64,000 nucleotides of DNA, from contig CBDCKN010000013.1 in NCBI GenBank assembly GCA_965218295.1, positions 64,001-128,000 of the forward strand, written 5' to 3'. Below are positions 8,395 to 17,956 of this stretch, in pieces. The stretch is from Longimicrobiales bacterium (GTDB lineage: Bacteria > Gemmatimonadota > Gemmatimonadetes > Longimicrobiales > Gaopeijiaceae). How positions within the stretch are numbered: the stretch's first letter is position 1; every line of letters begins with the position of its first letter. A program made the translations under genes and the position numbers. The notes beneath the pieces were generated by a model. It ran no database searches, was not told the DNA's origin, and was given only the letters and a program-made list of their open reading frames with translations.

Positions 8395-10119
8395 CTAAAA
8401 GAAGACGGGCTCCTTGTAGCTTCCGAAGACCACCTCCATGGCATGCCGGATTTCGTACAACGTGCAGTCGGTCCGTGCACAGTCGAGGATCGCCGGCACC
8501 ACGTTGCCACCGTCGCGACACACAGCTTCGAGGGTCTGTAAGGTCTCCTGCACGCGGTCGTCGTCCCTGAGGGCTCGAAGCTCGGCCATGCGCCGACGCT
8601 GACGCTCCTCCACGGACGCATCGATCTTGAGGGTATCGATCTCGATGTCCTCCGAGCCCTCTGTGAACTCGTTCACGCCCACCACCAGCCGCCGGGACGA
8701 CTCCACTTCGTCCTGCAGGCGTAGGGCCGAGTGCGCGATCTCGGATTGGAAGAAGCCCGTCTCGATGCCCGGAACGACCCCGCCCTGCTCGTCGATCTGC
8801 CGGAAGAGGTCGAGGGCCTCGGCCTCGAGCCGGTCCGTAAGGGATTCCACGTAATAGGAGCCCGCCAGCGGATCGATGGTGTTGGGCACGCCGCTCTCGT
8901 AGGCGAGGATCTGCTGTGTACGAAGCGCGATCCGGACGGTCTTCTCCGTGGGGAGCGCCAGGGTCTCGTCCATGGAGTTGGTGTGTAGCGATTGGGTTCC
9001 ACCCAGCACGGCGGCCATGGCCTGGTAGGCAACGCGCACGATGTTGTTCTCGGGCTGCTGCGCCATGAGGCTCACCCCGGCAGTCTGTGCGTGGGTACGG
9101 AGCCTCCACGCGTCCGGATTCGTGGCGCCATATGTGTCGCGCATGGCCCGAGCCCAGATCCGTCGCGCCGCCCGGAACTTCGCGATCTCCTCGAAGAAGT
9201 CGTTGTGGACGTCGAAGAAGAACGAGAGCCGTGGAGCGAAGCGGTTCACGTCCAGGCCCCGCTCTATTCCCCTCTCCACGTACTCGAAGCCGTTCCTCAG
9301 CGTGAACGCCAGCTCCTGGGCGGCCGTGGCACCGGCCTCCCGAATGTGGTAGCCGGATATGGAGATCGGGTTGTACTTGGGCGCGTGCTCCGAGCACCAC
9401 TCGAACATGTCGACGACGCAGCGCAGCGCAGGCTCAGGCGGGAAGATCCAGGCGTGCTGCGCCTGGTACTCCTTGAGGATGTCGTTCTGGACGGTACCTC
9501 GGAGCTTATCCGGCGAGATGCCTTGCCGCTCGGCCGCCGCCACGTAGAAGCAGTAGAGGATGACGGCCGGCCCGTTGATGGTCATGGAGACCGAGACCTG
9601 GTCGAGGGGGATGCCCTCGAAGAGCGTCTCCATGTCGTGCAGGGATGAGATGGCCACCCCGCAGACACCCACTTCCCCCAGAGAACGCGGGTGGTCGCTG
9701 TCGTAGCCCATCAGGGTGGGAAAGTCGAAGGCCACGGACAGGCCCGTGGTGCCGTGGTTCAGAAGGTACCTGTACCGCTCGTTCGTCTCCTCGGACGTGG
9801 CGAAGCCCGCGAATTGACGCATGGTCCAGAGGCGCGTGCGGTACATGGTGGAGTAGGGACCACGAGTGAACGGGAACCGGCCGGGAACCCCCAGGGCATC
9901 CTCGTAGCTCTCAGCCCCTGCCCGGTCGGCCGGCGTGTAGAGCGGCTTTACGTCCATACCGGAAAGAGTCGTGAAGAGCCCGTCCCGCGTGGGCGTCGCC
10001 TCGAACTCCTCCTCCCACGCCTTCAGCTGCTCCCGCAGCCTGTCGATCTCGGCCTTCTGTGCGGCCACCTGCTCCATCAGGTCGCCGGGAGAAGTCATAT
10101 CCCGTTCAAGAGTGGACAT
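8395..10119 (-). CDS. B12-dependent acyl-CoA mutase large subunit, isobutyryl-CoA mutase (IcmA)-type signature
   Basis: PFTRG...WTMRQFAGF, QNDILKEYQAQ, SISGYHIREAG, TQSLHTNS. No fused B12 domain. Confidence 0.9.
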   Translation of the reverse strand: MSTLERDMTSPGDLMEQVAAQKAEIDRLREQLKAWEEEFEATPTRDGLFTTLSGMDVKPLYTPADRAGAESYEDALGVPGRFPFTRGPYSTMYRTRLWTMRQFAGFATSEETNERYRYLLNHGTTGLSVAFDFPTLMGYDSDHPRSLGEVGVCGVAISSLHDMETLFEGIPLDQVSVSMTINGPAVILYCFYVAAAERQGISPDKLRGTVQNDILKEYQAQHAWIFPPEPALRCVVDMFEWCSEHAPKYNPISISGYHIREAGATAAQELAFTLRNGFEYVERGIERGLDVNRFAPRLSFFFDVHNDFFEEIAKFRAARRIWARAMRDTYGATNPDAWRLRTHAQTAGVSLMAQQPENNIVRVAYQAMAAVLGGTQSLHTNSMDETLALPTEKTVRIALRTQQILAYESGVPNTIDPLAGSYYVESLTDRLEAEALDLFRQIDEQGGVVPGIETGFFQSEIAHSALRLQDEVESSRRLVVGVNEFTEGSEDIEIDTLKIDASVEERQRRRMAELRALRDDDRVQETLQTLEAVCRDGGNVVPAILDCARTDCTLYEIRHAMEVVFGSYKEPVFF

Positions 10120-10128
10120 GGTCGAAGT

Positions 10129-11223
10129 CTACCCATCTTCAGTGGAAATGTCCCGGCTCAGCAGATCGCTCAGGATGGACGAAGAGACTGAGTAGGGAGT
10201 CGCTTCACCGTGCTGGATCCGGTCCAGACCTTCCTCCAGGAGAGCAGCCGTGCTCTCGCGCCCCCACAAGATTCCGCGGAGCTCCCGGTCGGCCACCTCT
10301 CGAACCCTGACGGCCGCCCTGGCTCTGCGCCGCGCCCCGAGCTCCCCTGACTCGCTCAGAAACGCCCCGTGCTCGTCGATGGCGGCCAGAAGCTCTGGAA
10401 CCCCCTCACCCGTCTGGGCCACGGTCTTGAGGACCGGGATCTCCCAGGCAGGCCCCTCCTCTACTTCCGGATCGGGGGTGACCTGCTTTTTCTTGCCCAG
10501 ACGCGACAGATCGACACCGTGGTGGGCCGGCACGCCACTCAGGGCCTTCCCCGCCTTCAGGTGCAGCGCCACCCGCAGATCCTTGAGCAGGCGGTCTGCT
10601 CCGGGGCGGTCGGCCTTGTTCACCACGAAGATGTCGGCGATCTCCATGAGCCCCGCCTTCATGGCCTGGATGCCGTCGCCTGACTCCGGCACGAGAACGA
10701 CCACGATCGTGTCCGCCGCCCCCGTGATCTCAAGCTCGGTCTGACCCACACCCACCGTCTCGACGATTATGCGGCCGAACCCGAACGCATCCATGAGGTC
10801 GATGACCTCCTTGGTGGTGGTGGCAAGCCCTCCCAAGGAGCCACGGGTCGCCATGGAGCGGATGAAGATCCCCTCGTCGGTCGACAATTCATTCATGCGG
10901 ATCCGATCACCCAGGAGCGCGCCTCCCGAGTACAGCGACGTGGGGTCCACCGCCACGATGCCCACCTCGTCACCCTGGGAGCGGCACAGGGTCGCGAGGT
11001 CGGCGATGAGGCTGGACTTCCCTGCACCCGGCGGGCCGGTCATCCCCAGGCGGCGTGCCTGGGGCCCCTGATCGAGTGCACGGTGCAGAAAGCCCTGAAA
11101 GGACGGGCGCTCGCCCTCGATCACCGAAATGGCCCTCGCCAGGGCCACGCGCTTTCCTGCTCGGAACCGATCGAGCAGCGATTCGAGCTCGTCGGGGAGC
11201 GGCTTCAGGAGCTCTTCGGTCAC
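10129..11223 (-). CDS. meaB: Mutase-associated G-protein chaperone MeaB
   Basis: GPPGAGKSS, AVDPTS, GGALLGDRIRM, ETVGVGQ, NKAD. Confidence 0.95.
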   Translation of the reverse strand: MTEELLKPLPDELESLLDRFRAGKRVALARAISVIEGERPSFQGFLHRALDQGPQARRLGMTGPPGAGKSSLIADLATLCRSQGDEVGIVAVDPTSLYSGGALLGDRIRMNELSTDEGIFIRSMATRGSLGGLATTTKEVIDLMDAFGFGRIIVETVGVGQTELEITGAADTIVVVLVPESGDGIQAMKAGLMEIADIFVVNKADRPGADRLLKDLRVALHLKAGKALSGVPAHHGVDLSRLGKKKQVTPDPEVEEGPAWEIPVLKTVAQTGEGVPELLAAIDEHGAFLSESGELGARRRARAAVRVREVADRELRGILWGRESTAALLEEGLDRIQHGEATPYSVSSSILSDLLSRDISTEDG

Positions 11224-12881
11224 CGGTCGCGCTCACCAGGGCGGATGCGCCGGGCGTGACGCAGGGGATTCTCGAGAAGATGCGTCGGGATGAAGAACAC
11301 CAGCACGAACATGAGGAGCGCCACGGCGAGTCCCGCCACAAGTAGCCACACGCTCCGCACCGAGATGTAGAGGATCGACGAGATGACGGCCGTGGCGGTG
11401 GCGAAGATACTGAGGCTGATGCGACGGGCCTGGAGGTGCAGGAAGCGCTCCTGGCCCTGAATGTCTCGGGGATGTACGCGGACCCGGAGCTCATCACGCT
11501 CGGCCCGAGTCAGAAGGTCCATCATCGTGCGGAGGGCTGTCTGAGCCTCGCCGAGCAGGTCCCTGGCGACGGCGACCGGCTGGCGGGCCGCCGTCTTCAC
11601 GATCTCGCCCCGCACGTCTCGGACCACTCGTTTCAGCACGCCGAGGCCGTCGAAATTCCGGTCGTAACGGATCCCGAGCCCCTCCAGGAGGGCCGAGGTC
11701 CTGAAGAAGTAGACGAGCTCCTGGGGAAGCATGATGGGCCACGTGTAGAACGTGTCAAAGATCTCGTGGACCATCTCCTCGATGCGGTCCCGGTTCGAGG
11801 TCCGCACCCGGGCCATGATCGCGAGGATCTCCGTGGCCGCCTCCCGGATCTCGCCCCTGGAGACCTCGGGACTGATCATGCCGAGCCGGTACATGCCGTT
11901 GATCATCCCGTCCAGGTCGTCTCTCTCAACCGCCAACGCGAGATCGAGGATGTACTCCCGGGTCCAGCGAGGCACGTCGAGGACCATTCCCCAGTCGAGG
12001 ACGACGATGGTCCCGTCCTCCTGCACCAGGAGATTGCCCGGATGGGGATCCGCGTGGAGGAATCCATCCACCATCATCATCCGGAGGTAGAGGCCGGTGA
12101 GTCTCTCCATCAGCTCCGTGAACCGGAGACGGCCCGACGCGAAGAAGTCGTCCAGCTGATCGATCTTCGTCCCCGGGCAGCGCTCCATCACCAGGACCCG
12201 GCGTCGCGTGTAGTCAGGCAGCACTTCGGGGGCCCTGACCTTGGGATCGTCCCTGAAGTGACGCCGGAAGCGCTCGATGTTGTCGGCCTCGTGGTGGAAG
12301 TCCATCTCCTCCCGAACGCGGTGCGAGAATTCCCGAACCACGTTCGTCAGAACCTGGATGTGATGGTTGGGGAAGAGGATGTTGAGCCAGTAGAGGAGCG
12401 TGAACCCGATGTCGAGATCCAGGGCCACCAGCTCTTCCACCCCGGGCCGCAGGACCTTTACCACCACATCGCGACCCGCCACGACGGCACCGTGGACCTG
12501 GCCGAGGCTCGCCGCCGCCATGGGCTCTCGCTCGAACTCGTCGAAGGCTTCGTCCACCGAGCGCCCGAGATCCTCCTCGAGCAGAGCGATGATCTGGTCC
12601 GGCGGGTCCGGTGGAGCCTGATCCTGGAGCATCCCGATAGCGTTCAGGTACGGCTCGGGAAAGATGTCGGCCCTGGCCGACAGCAGTTGCGCGAGCTTGA
12701 TGAAGGTGGGGCCGAGACCCGCCACCCGGGCCACCAGCTTGTCCGCCCTCCGCCGATGATGGCGCTCGCTGCGCCGGGCGGGGCGCCCCAGAACGATCCA
12801 CCGCTTCCGGTCTCGCAGGAAAGCCACCACAAAAGGCGTAAGCCCTGTGAGAACCCGAATCCCCCGGAAGAGGCGCTTCAC
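11220..12881 (-). CDS. AarF/UbiB (ABC1) family kinase
   Basis: GPTFIKLAQ, AAASLGQVH, VVKVLRP, HADPHPGN, LDWGM. Confidence 0.93.
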   Translation of the reverse strand: MKRLFRGIRVLTGLTPFVVAFLRDRKRWIVLGRPARRSERHHRRRADKLVARVAGLGPTFIKLAQLLSARADIFPEPYLNAIGMLQDQAPPDPPDQIIALLEEDLGRSVDEAFDEFEREPMAAASLGQVHGAVVAGRDVVVKVLRPGVEELVALDLDIGFTLLYWLNILFPNHHIQVLTNVVREFSHRVREEMDFHHEADNIERFRRHFRDDPKVRAPEVLPDYTRRRVLVMERCPGTKIDQLDDFFASGRLRFTELMERLTGLYLRMMMVDGFLHADPHPGNLLVQEDGTIVVLDWGMVLDVPRWTREYILDLALAVERDDLDGMINGMYRLGMISPEVSRGEIREAATEILAIMARVRTSNRDRIEEMVHEIFDTFYTWPIMLPQELVYFFRTSALLEGLGIRYDRNFDGLGVLKRVVRDVRGEIVKTAARQPVAVARDLLGEAQTALRTMMDLLTRAERDELRVRVHPRDIQGQERFLHLQARRISLSIFATATAVISSILYISVRSVWLLVAGLAVALLMFVLVFFIPTHLLENPLRHARRIRPGERDR

Positions 12882-12908
12882 AACGACGCTCGATCGATCG
12901 AGGGCACG

Positions 12909-14276
12909 CTAGAGCATCACGGTCGCGAGCCCAAGGAGCAGCAAGAAGCCCGTCATGTCCGTGAGGGCCGTGAGGAAGACCGTCGATGCCACAGCTGGAT
13001 CCTGTCCCCTGCGGTCAAGGAATGTCGGAATGAAGGAGCCGGCGAACCCGGCCATGGCGATGTTTCCCCACATGGCGAGCAGCACCACGAGCCCGAGCCG
13101 GGGGTCGGCGCCCGTGACATCGGCAAGGGCCGCGGCGCCAGCGGCCACGACCGCACCGATGACCGCACCGTTCAGCAGCGCCACCCGGAGCTCCTTGCCG
13201 ACCATATGGTCGCGGCTCTCCAGGGGGCCACCCGACGTGGCCAGCCGGCGGATCGTCACGGCCAACGCCTGCTGTCCGGCATTGCCGCCGAGACCGGCTA
13301 CTACCGGCATCGCCACGGCGAGGAGGGTGGCGGCGGCGATCTGGTCCCGGAAGAGCCAGACAACGGCGGCAGCGAAGCTGGCCGTCAAGGTGTTCAGGAG
13401 AAGCCAGGGAAGCCGCGTGCGGACCGCGTCCCGCGAGCTCCCGCGTAGCTCCTCGTCGTCGGACACGCCGGAAAAGAGGAGCAGGTCCTCGGTGGTCTCC
13501 GCTTCGAGAACGTCGATGACGTCGTCGAAGGTCACCCGACCCAGAAGGATCCCGTCCTCCGAGACCACGGGGATGGACACGAGGTTGTAGCGGCTGATCA
13601 GGTGCCCCACGTCCTCCTGGTCCGCATCGGGAGTCACCGAAGCGACGACGGGCTCCACCAGGTTCTCGACGGGCTCGTGCGTTTCCGCAAGGATCAGATC
13701 GTCCAGGGGGACGGTGCCCAGCAGCCGGGACTCGCCGTCGACTACGAACACGGTGTAGAAGTTCTCCACCTCGCGGCCCTGCACCCGCACCACCCCGATG
13801 GCCTCCCCCGCGGTGACTGTGCCCAACACCGAGACCAGGGCCGTGGTCATGATGCCGCCGGCGGTCTCCTCGTCGTATTGGAGAAGGTCCCGGATCTCTC
13901 CGGCCTCGTCGGCCGAAAGCTCGGCCAGGATGCGGTCCCGGTCCTCGGGCTCCAGCTCTCCGATGAGGTCAGCCGCATCGTCGTCGGGAAGCTCGTGGAG
14001 GAGCTCCGCGCCCTCGGTGGGCTCCAGAGCAGCCAGGAGCTCCGCCCGGGCGTCCCCCTCCTCCATCTCGGCGAGGGCCTCGGAGGCGAGCTCCGCCGGG
14101 AGGGCGCGCACCAGGGCCAGGCGCGTCTCCTCGTCCACCGACTCCACTACATCGGCGATATCCGAAGGATGGAGCTCGGCCAGAAACGCCTCCAAGGCCC
14201 CCATGTCGCCCCGGTCTACGAGGGTGGCCATGCGCTCCCAGAGATCGAGAGAATCCTGAGTCTGGCTGGTGCTCAT
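12909..14276 (-). CDS. mgtE: Magnesium transporter MgtE
   Basis: HPSDIAD N-domain, CBS pair, RLPWL, GGNAGQQ, DPAVAS...TD. Confidence 0.93.
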   Translation of the reverse strand: MSTSQTQDSLDLWERMATLVDRGDMGALEAFLAELHPSDIADVVESVDEETRLALVRALPAELASEALAEMEEGDARAELLAALEPTEGAELLHELPDDDAADLIGELEPEDRDRILAELSADEAGEIRDLLQYDEETAGGIMTTALVSVLGTVTAGEAIGVVRVQGREVENFYTVFVVDGESRLLGTVPLDDLILAETHEPVENLVEPVVASVTPDADQEDVGHLISRYNLVSIPVVSEDGILLGRVTFDDVIDVLEAETTEDLLLFSGVSDDEELRGSSRDAVRTRLPWLLLNTLTASFAAAVVWLFRDQIAAATLLAVAMPVVAGLGGNAGQQALAVTIRRLATSGGPLESRDHMVGKELRVALLNGAVIGAVVAAGAAALADVTGADPRLGLVVLLAMWGNIAMAGFAGSFIPTFLDRRGQDPAVASTVFLTALTDMTGFLLLLGLATVML

Positions 14277-14295
14277 GCCCCGGAGAGTGGGGCGC

Positions 14296-14727
14296 TCAAG
14301 ACGCTTCGTCCAGTAGCTCCCGTAGAAGTCGCTCCTGGAGCTGAAACATCTCGCTTTCGAAGCGGGCTTCGGTCTCGGGATGACCGTGTCCCAAGACATG
14401 GAGCGTGCCGTGGATCGCCAGGCGCACGAGCTCCTCGATCAGGGGAACGGCCATCTCACCCGCCTGACGCACCGCCTGCTCGTGCCCGACGTAGATGTCT
14501 CCGAGCAGGGACTCTCCCTCTTCGTGGAGCGTGAAAGCGATGACGTCGGTGGGCCGGTCCCGCCCCAGGTAGGTGCGATTGAGCTCACGGATGGCCTGGT
14601 CGTCGAGGAGGGCAAGTGAGATCTCACCGTCGGTGACGCCGGCGTCACGCAAGACCAAGTCCACGGCAGAGCGAAGCAGATCCTCGGACACGCCCTCCGC
14701 GGCACCGAGCGAGACCTGAACCTCCAA
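14296..14727 (-). CDS. ybeY: rRNA maturation endoribonuclease YbeY
   Basis: LNRTYLG, PTDVIAF, HGTLHVLGHGH. Confidence 0.93.
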   Translation of the reverse strand: MEVQVSLGAAEGVSEDLLRSAVDLVLRDAGVTDGEISLALLDDQAIRELNRTYLGRDRPTDVIAFTLHEEGESLLGDIYVGHEQAVRQAGEMAVPLIEELVRLAIHGTLHVLGHGHPETEARFESEMFQLQERLLRELLDEAS

Positions 14728-14732
14728 TCGGC

Positions 14733-16976
14733 TCAGACCCCTTCGTCGGCCGGGCTACTTTGGGCCTCCGTCAGATGCTGCGTGGTCGGGTAGTCGATGC
14801 GGTGGTGGTAGATGCCACTCAGGACCTGCACGAACGTGTCCTTGAGCAGGGTGATCTCGCGCAACGTCAGAGGAGCCTCATCGAGCTGCCCGTCCTGCTG
14901 CTTGCCCTCGACGATGCCGTCCACCAGGCTCCGCACCCGCTCGGGCGTCGGCTCCTGAAGCACCCGGGTGGCCGATTCGATGGAGTCCGCCATCATGGCG
15001 ATGGCCGTCTCCTTCGACTGAGGCTTGGGGCCTGGATACCGGAAATCGGCCTCGTCTACGTTCTCTTCGCCGAACTCCTCCTTCGCCCGCTCGTGGAAGA
15101 AGGCGATGAGCTGAGAGCCGTGATGTTCGGTGATGAAGTGCTGCACGATCTCGGGCAGCTTCTCCTCTCGGGCCAGCCTGAGGCCCTCGGTGACGTGCTC
15201 CCGCACGATGGAGGCCGAAGTGTCGGGCTTCAGCTTGTCGTGGGGGTTCCTGCCCTCGGGCTGGTTCTCCACGAAGTAGTGGGGCTTCAACACCTTGCCC
15301 ACATCGTGGTAGTAGAGGCCTACCCGGCAGAGAAGCCCGTGGGCCCCGATGGAGTTGGCGGCCATCTCACCGAGATTCGCCACGTTGATCGTGTGGGCGT
15401 AGCTCCCGGGCGCCTCCAGGGACAGACGCCGCAGGAGCGAACGGTTCGGGTCCGCCCACTCCAGGAGCGTCTGGTCCGTGGTGATCCCGGTGAACCACTC
15501 GAAGACGGGCACGAAGCCCATGGCGATGATCGCACTCAGGGCCGCATTCGCCCCGGCCCACCCCAGCGAGGCGACAACCGGCCCAGCCGAGCGCTCCTCC
15601 AGAAGAGCCAGGGCCAGAAGGGTCACGGCATAGGCCCCCGTGATGATGGCTACGAACACCCACGTTTGCGCCCTGCGCCGGACGACCCGTACGCTCATGG
15701 CGGCCGCGGCACCACCGACCAGGGTGGGAAATAGCACATCCACGCGCCCGAACGGGGGCTGCGCCACCGTCAGCACGGCCAAGACCAGCCCCAGGACCAG
15801 AGCGATCCTGGAGTCCCAGAGGACCGCCACGGTCAAGGTGACGAACGCCACCGGCAACGCCTCGGGAGGGAAGCCGTTCCCCGCGACGAGCCGCGCGAGG
15901 ACGAAGTAGGTGACCACCAGTCCGGCCTGCAGGATGATCCAGCGGAGGGAGGCGTAGATCAGAGGGCGGATGAAGTAGACGAGCACACCGAACACCGAGA
16001 GGATCGTCAGGTTCAGGAGGAAGGCACCGAAAATCACTCCGAAGCGAAGCCCCGGCTCCTCCAGCTGCTGGCGCCGCCGCAACTCCGCCTCGTACGCGTT
16101 CAGGCGCGCCAGGTCCTCTCGGGTGATGGGCTCGTTGGCCCTCACGATGGCCTCCTGCAGCACCACGTTCCCTTTGGTCGTGGGGACCGCCTGCCGGGCC
16201 TGTTCGCGGTCGTCCTGGGTGGTCGAGGGGGCGAAGTCCAGCGAATAGACCGTGTGGCGGATCATGATGAGCCGGAGGAGCTCGCTGAGCTCAGGGCTGG
16301 GTGTCAGGAGCTGACTGACGACCCGGTCCTGGAACTCACGGCCCGCGAGAACGCCATCGCTCGATACCGAGCGCCTGCTCTCCACGTCGGGATCCTGGAA
16401 CAGGACCCGCTCCGCCGTGAGCTGCTGAGCCTGACTAGCTTCCATGACTCCCTGGGCGGCGTACTGCCGAGCCCCGGAGACGGCCGTGGTACGCAGGAAC
16501 CCGCGTGTCTCGTCGTCCATGAGCAGCGTGGCCTGTTCCAACCTCGCGACCACGGAAGACACCAACAGGAAACGGCGCAGCGCCTCCGGATCACCTGCTG
16601 AAGCGATAGTGTCGAGCTGATCGAAGAATCGGCCCAGCCGGACCTCCATCGTATCGCCGGCTTCCGGCCGGAAGTCGAAGGTGGGCGGAACACCGGCCGC
16701 GGCATCCGCCCGTTCGCGCTGCAGCTCGGCAACGGATTTGGGGACGGCGAAGGGCACCTCCGCGATCACGGGCTCCGTCAGGACCATGCCTACCGAGTAG
16801 CGGCCTACAGTGGACCGTCCCATGGGAGGAAAGAGCGCCGTCACGATGGCCGCCACGCCCACGATGAGCAGCCGCCGCGATCCATGATACAGCACCCCGT
16901 CCGGCCAGACGGGCCTGGGTTCTTCCGAATCTCCGTGGGAGATCGGGATCTGGCCTTCGCGACCGCTTCGGGTCAA
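14733..16976 (-). CDS. 7TM-HDIG membrane phosphohydrolase (PgpH-like)
   Basis: Extracytoplasmic domain, multiple TM helices, APGSYAH, YYHDVGK, EHHG, YPGPKP, ADS. Confidence 0.9.
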   Translation of the reverse strand: MTRSGREGQIPISHGDSEEPRPVWPDGVLYHGSRRLLIVGVAAIVTALFPPMGRSTVGRYSVGMVLTEPVIAEVPFAVPKSVAELQRERADAAAGVPPTFDFRPEAGDTMEVRLGRFFDQLDTIASAGDPEALRRFLLVSSVVARLEQATLLMDDETRGFLRTTAVSGARQYAAQGVMEASQAQQLTAERVLFQDPDVESRRSVSSDGVLAGREFQDRVVSQLLTPSPELSELLRLIMIRHTVYSLDFAPSTTQDDREQARQAVPTTKGNVVLQEAIVRANEPITREDLARLNAYEAELRRRQQLEEPGLRFGVIFGAFLLNLTILSVFGVLVYFIRPLIYASLRWIILQAGLVVTYFVLARLVAGNGFPPEALPVAFVTLTVAVLWDSRIALVLGLVLAVLTVAQPPFGRVDVLFPTLVGGAAAAMSVRVVRRRAQTWVFVAIITGAYAVTLLALALLEERSAGPVVASLGWAGANAALSAIIAMGFVPVFEWFTGITTDQTLLEWADPNRSLLRRLSLEAPGSYAHTINVANLGEMAANSIGAHGLLCRVGLYYHDVGKVLKPHYFVENQPEGRNPHDKLKPDTSASIVREHVTEGLRLAREEKLPEIVQHFITEHHGSQLIAFFHERAKEEFGEENVDEADFRYPGPKPQSKETAIAMMADSIESATRVLQEPTPERVRSLVDGIVEGKQQDGQLDEAPLTLREITLLKDTFVQVLSGIYHHRIDYPTTQHLTEAQSSPADEGV

Positions 16977-17956
16977 GAATCCCCCTCGGAGTCCGATCTG
17001 GCGTACGCCCGGATGATGTCCTTCACCAGCCGGTGCCGGATCACGTCCATGTCATCCAGATAGATGAACCGGATGCCGTCGATCCCACTCAAGAGAGCCT
17101 CGATCTGGAGCAGCCCGGAATCTTCCCTACGGGCCAGGTCGATCTGGGTCTTGTCACCCGTGATGACCACCTGGGAGTTCAGCCCCAGACGAGTCAGAAA
17201 CATCTTCATCTGAGCCGTCGTCGAGTTCTGGGCCTCGTCGAGAATCACGAAAGCGTCGGAGAGCGTCCGGCCCCGCATATAGGCCAGTGGGGCGATCTCG
17301 ATGGTCATGTCCTCGAGGGCCCGCCGCACCCGATCGGTGGGCATCATGTCCTCGAGGGCGTCGTAGAGAGGCCGCAAATATGGGTCGACCTTTTCCTGCA
17401 TGTCGCCGGGCAGGAAGCCGAGGCTTTCCCCCGCCTCGACGGCGGGCCGTGCGAGGACGATGCGCTTGACCCGCTTCTTATAGAGGGCGTCCACGGCCGC
17501 GGCCATCGCGAGGTAGGTCTTCCCGGTCCCTGCAGGGCCGATGCCGATGACGATGTCGTTGTCCAGGATGGAGCGGAGGTATTTCCGCTGCCCGTCCGAC
17601 TTGGGACGGATGACCTTGCGCGTGCCAGGCAGCGCGATGCCGACTTCGTCGTCCGGATGCACCACACCCTCGCCACCACGGGCGGCGAAGCCCTCGGCGA
17701 AGCGGGCGATATCGTTGGCGTCGAACGGGGCCCGAAGGCGCGAGAGCTCGATGAGGTGTTGTACGACGGGGACGGCCTGCTCCACCGCCACGAGCTCGCC
17801 GGAGAGGATGACATGATCGTTCCGCATGACCAGTCGAATGCCGAACAGCTTTGATACTTCCTGCAGGTTGGCGTCGTTCACGCCGGTGAACAGGAGAGGG
17901 TCTACTCCCTCCGCGTCCAGCCGGTGCTCGACTACGGTGCTTTGCCCTGACGTCAT
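16973..17956 (-). CDS. phoH: PhoH-family ATPase
   Basis: GPAGTGKT, RPAVEAGE, YMRGRTL, ILDEAQN. Confidence 0.95.
   Translation of the reverse strand: MTSGQSTVVEHRLDAEGVDPLLFTGVNDANLQEVSKLFGIRLVMRNDHVILSGELVAVEQAVPVVQHLIELSRLRAPFDANDIARFAEGFAARGGEGVVHPDDEVGIALPGTRKVIRPKSDGQRKYLRSILDNDIVIGIGPAGTGKTYLAMAAAVDALYKKRVKRIVLARPAVEAGESLGFLPGDMQEKVDPYLRPLYDALEDMMPTDRVRRALEDMTIEIAPLAYMRGRTLSDAFVILDEAQNSTTAQMKMFLTRLGLNSQVVITGDKTQIDLARREDSGLLQIEALLSGIDGIRFIYLDDMDVIRHRLVKDIIRAYARSDSEGDS

Larger units (their letters stand above)
6270..8396 (-). mobile_element. IS1595-family insertion sequence with passenger cargo (ISNwi-like ends)
   Basis: TIRs GGGAATTATAAAGAAGGGTTG (6270-6290) and CAACCCTTCTTTATAATTCCT (8376-8396) match 20/21. 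TSD AAAAGAAG at 6262-6269 and 8397-8404. DDE transposase inside. Confidence 0.92.

Noticed and set aside
11436..13448. 670-aa plus-strand ORF
   Set aside because: Antisense shadow of ubiB-like/mgtE in GC-rich DNA, with no motifs.
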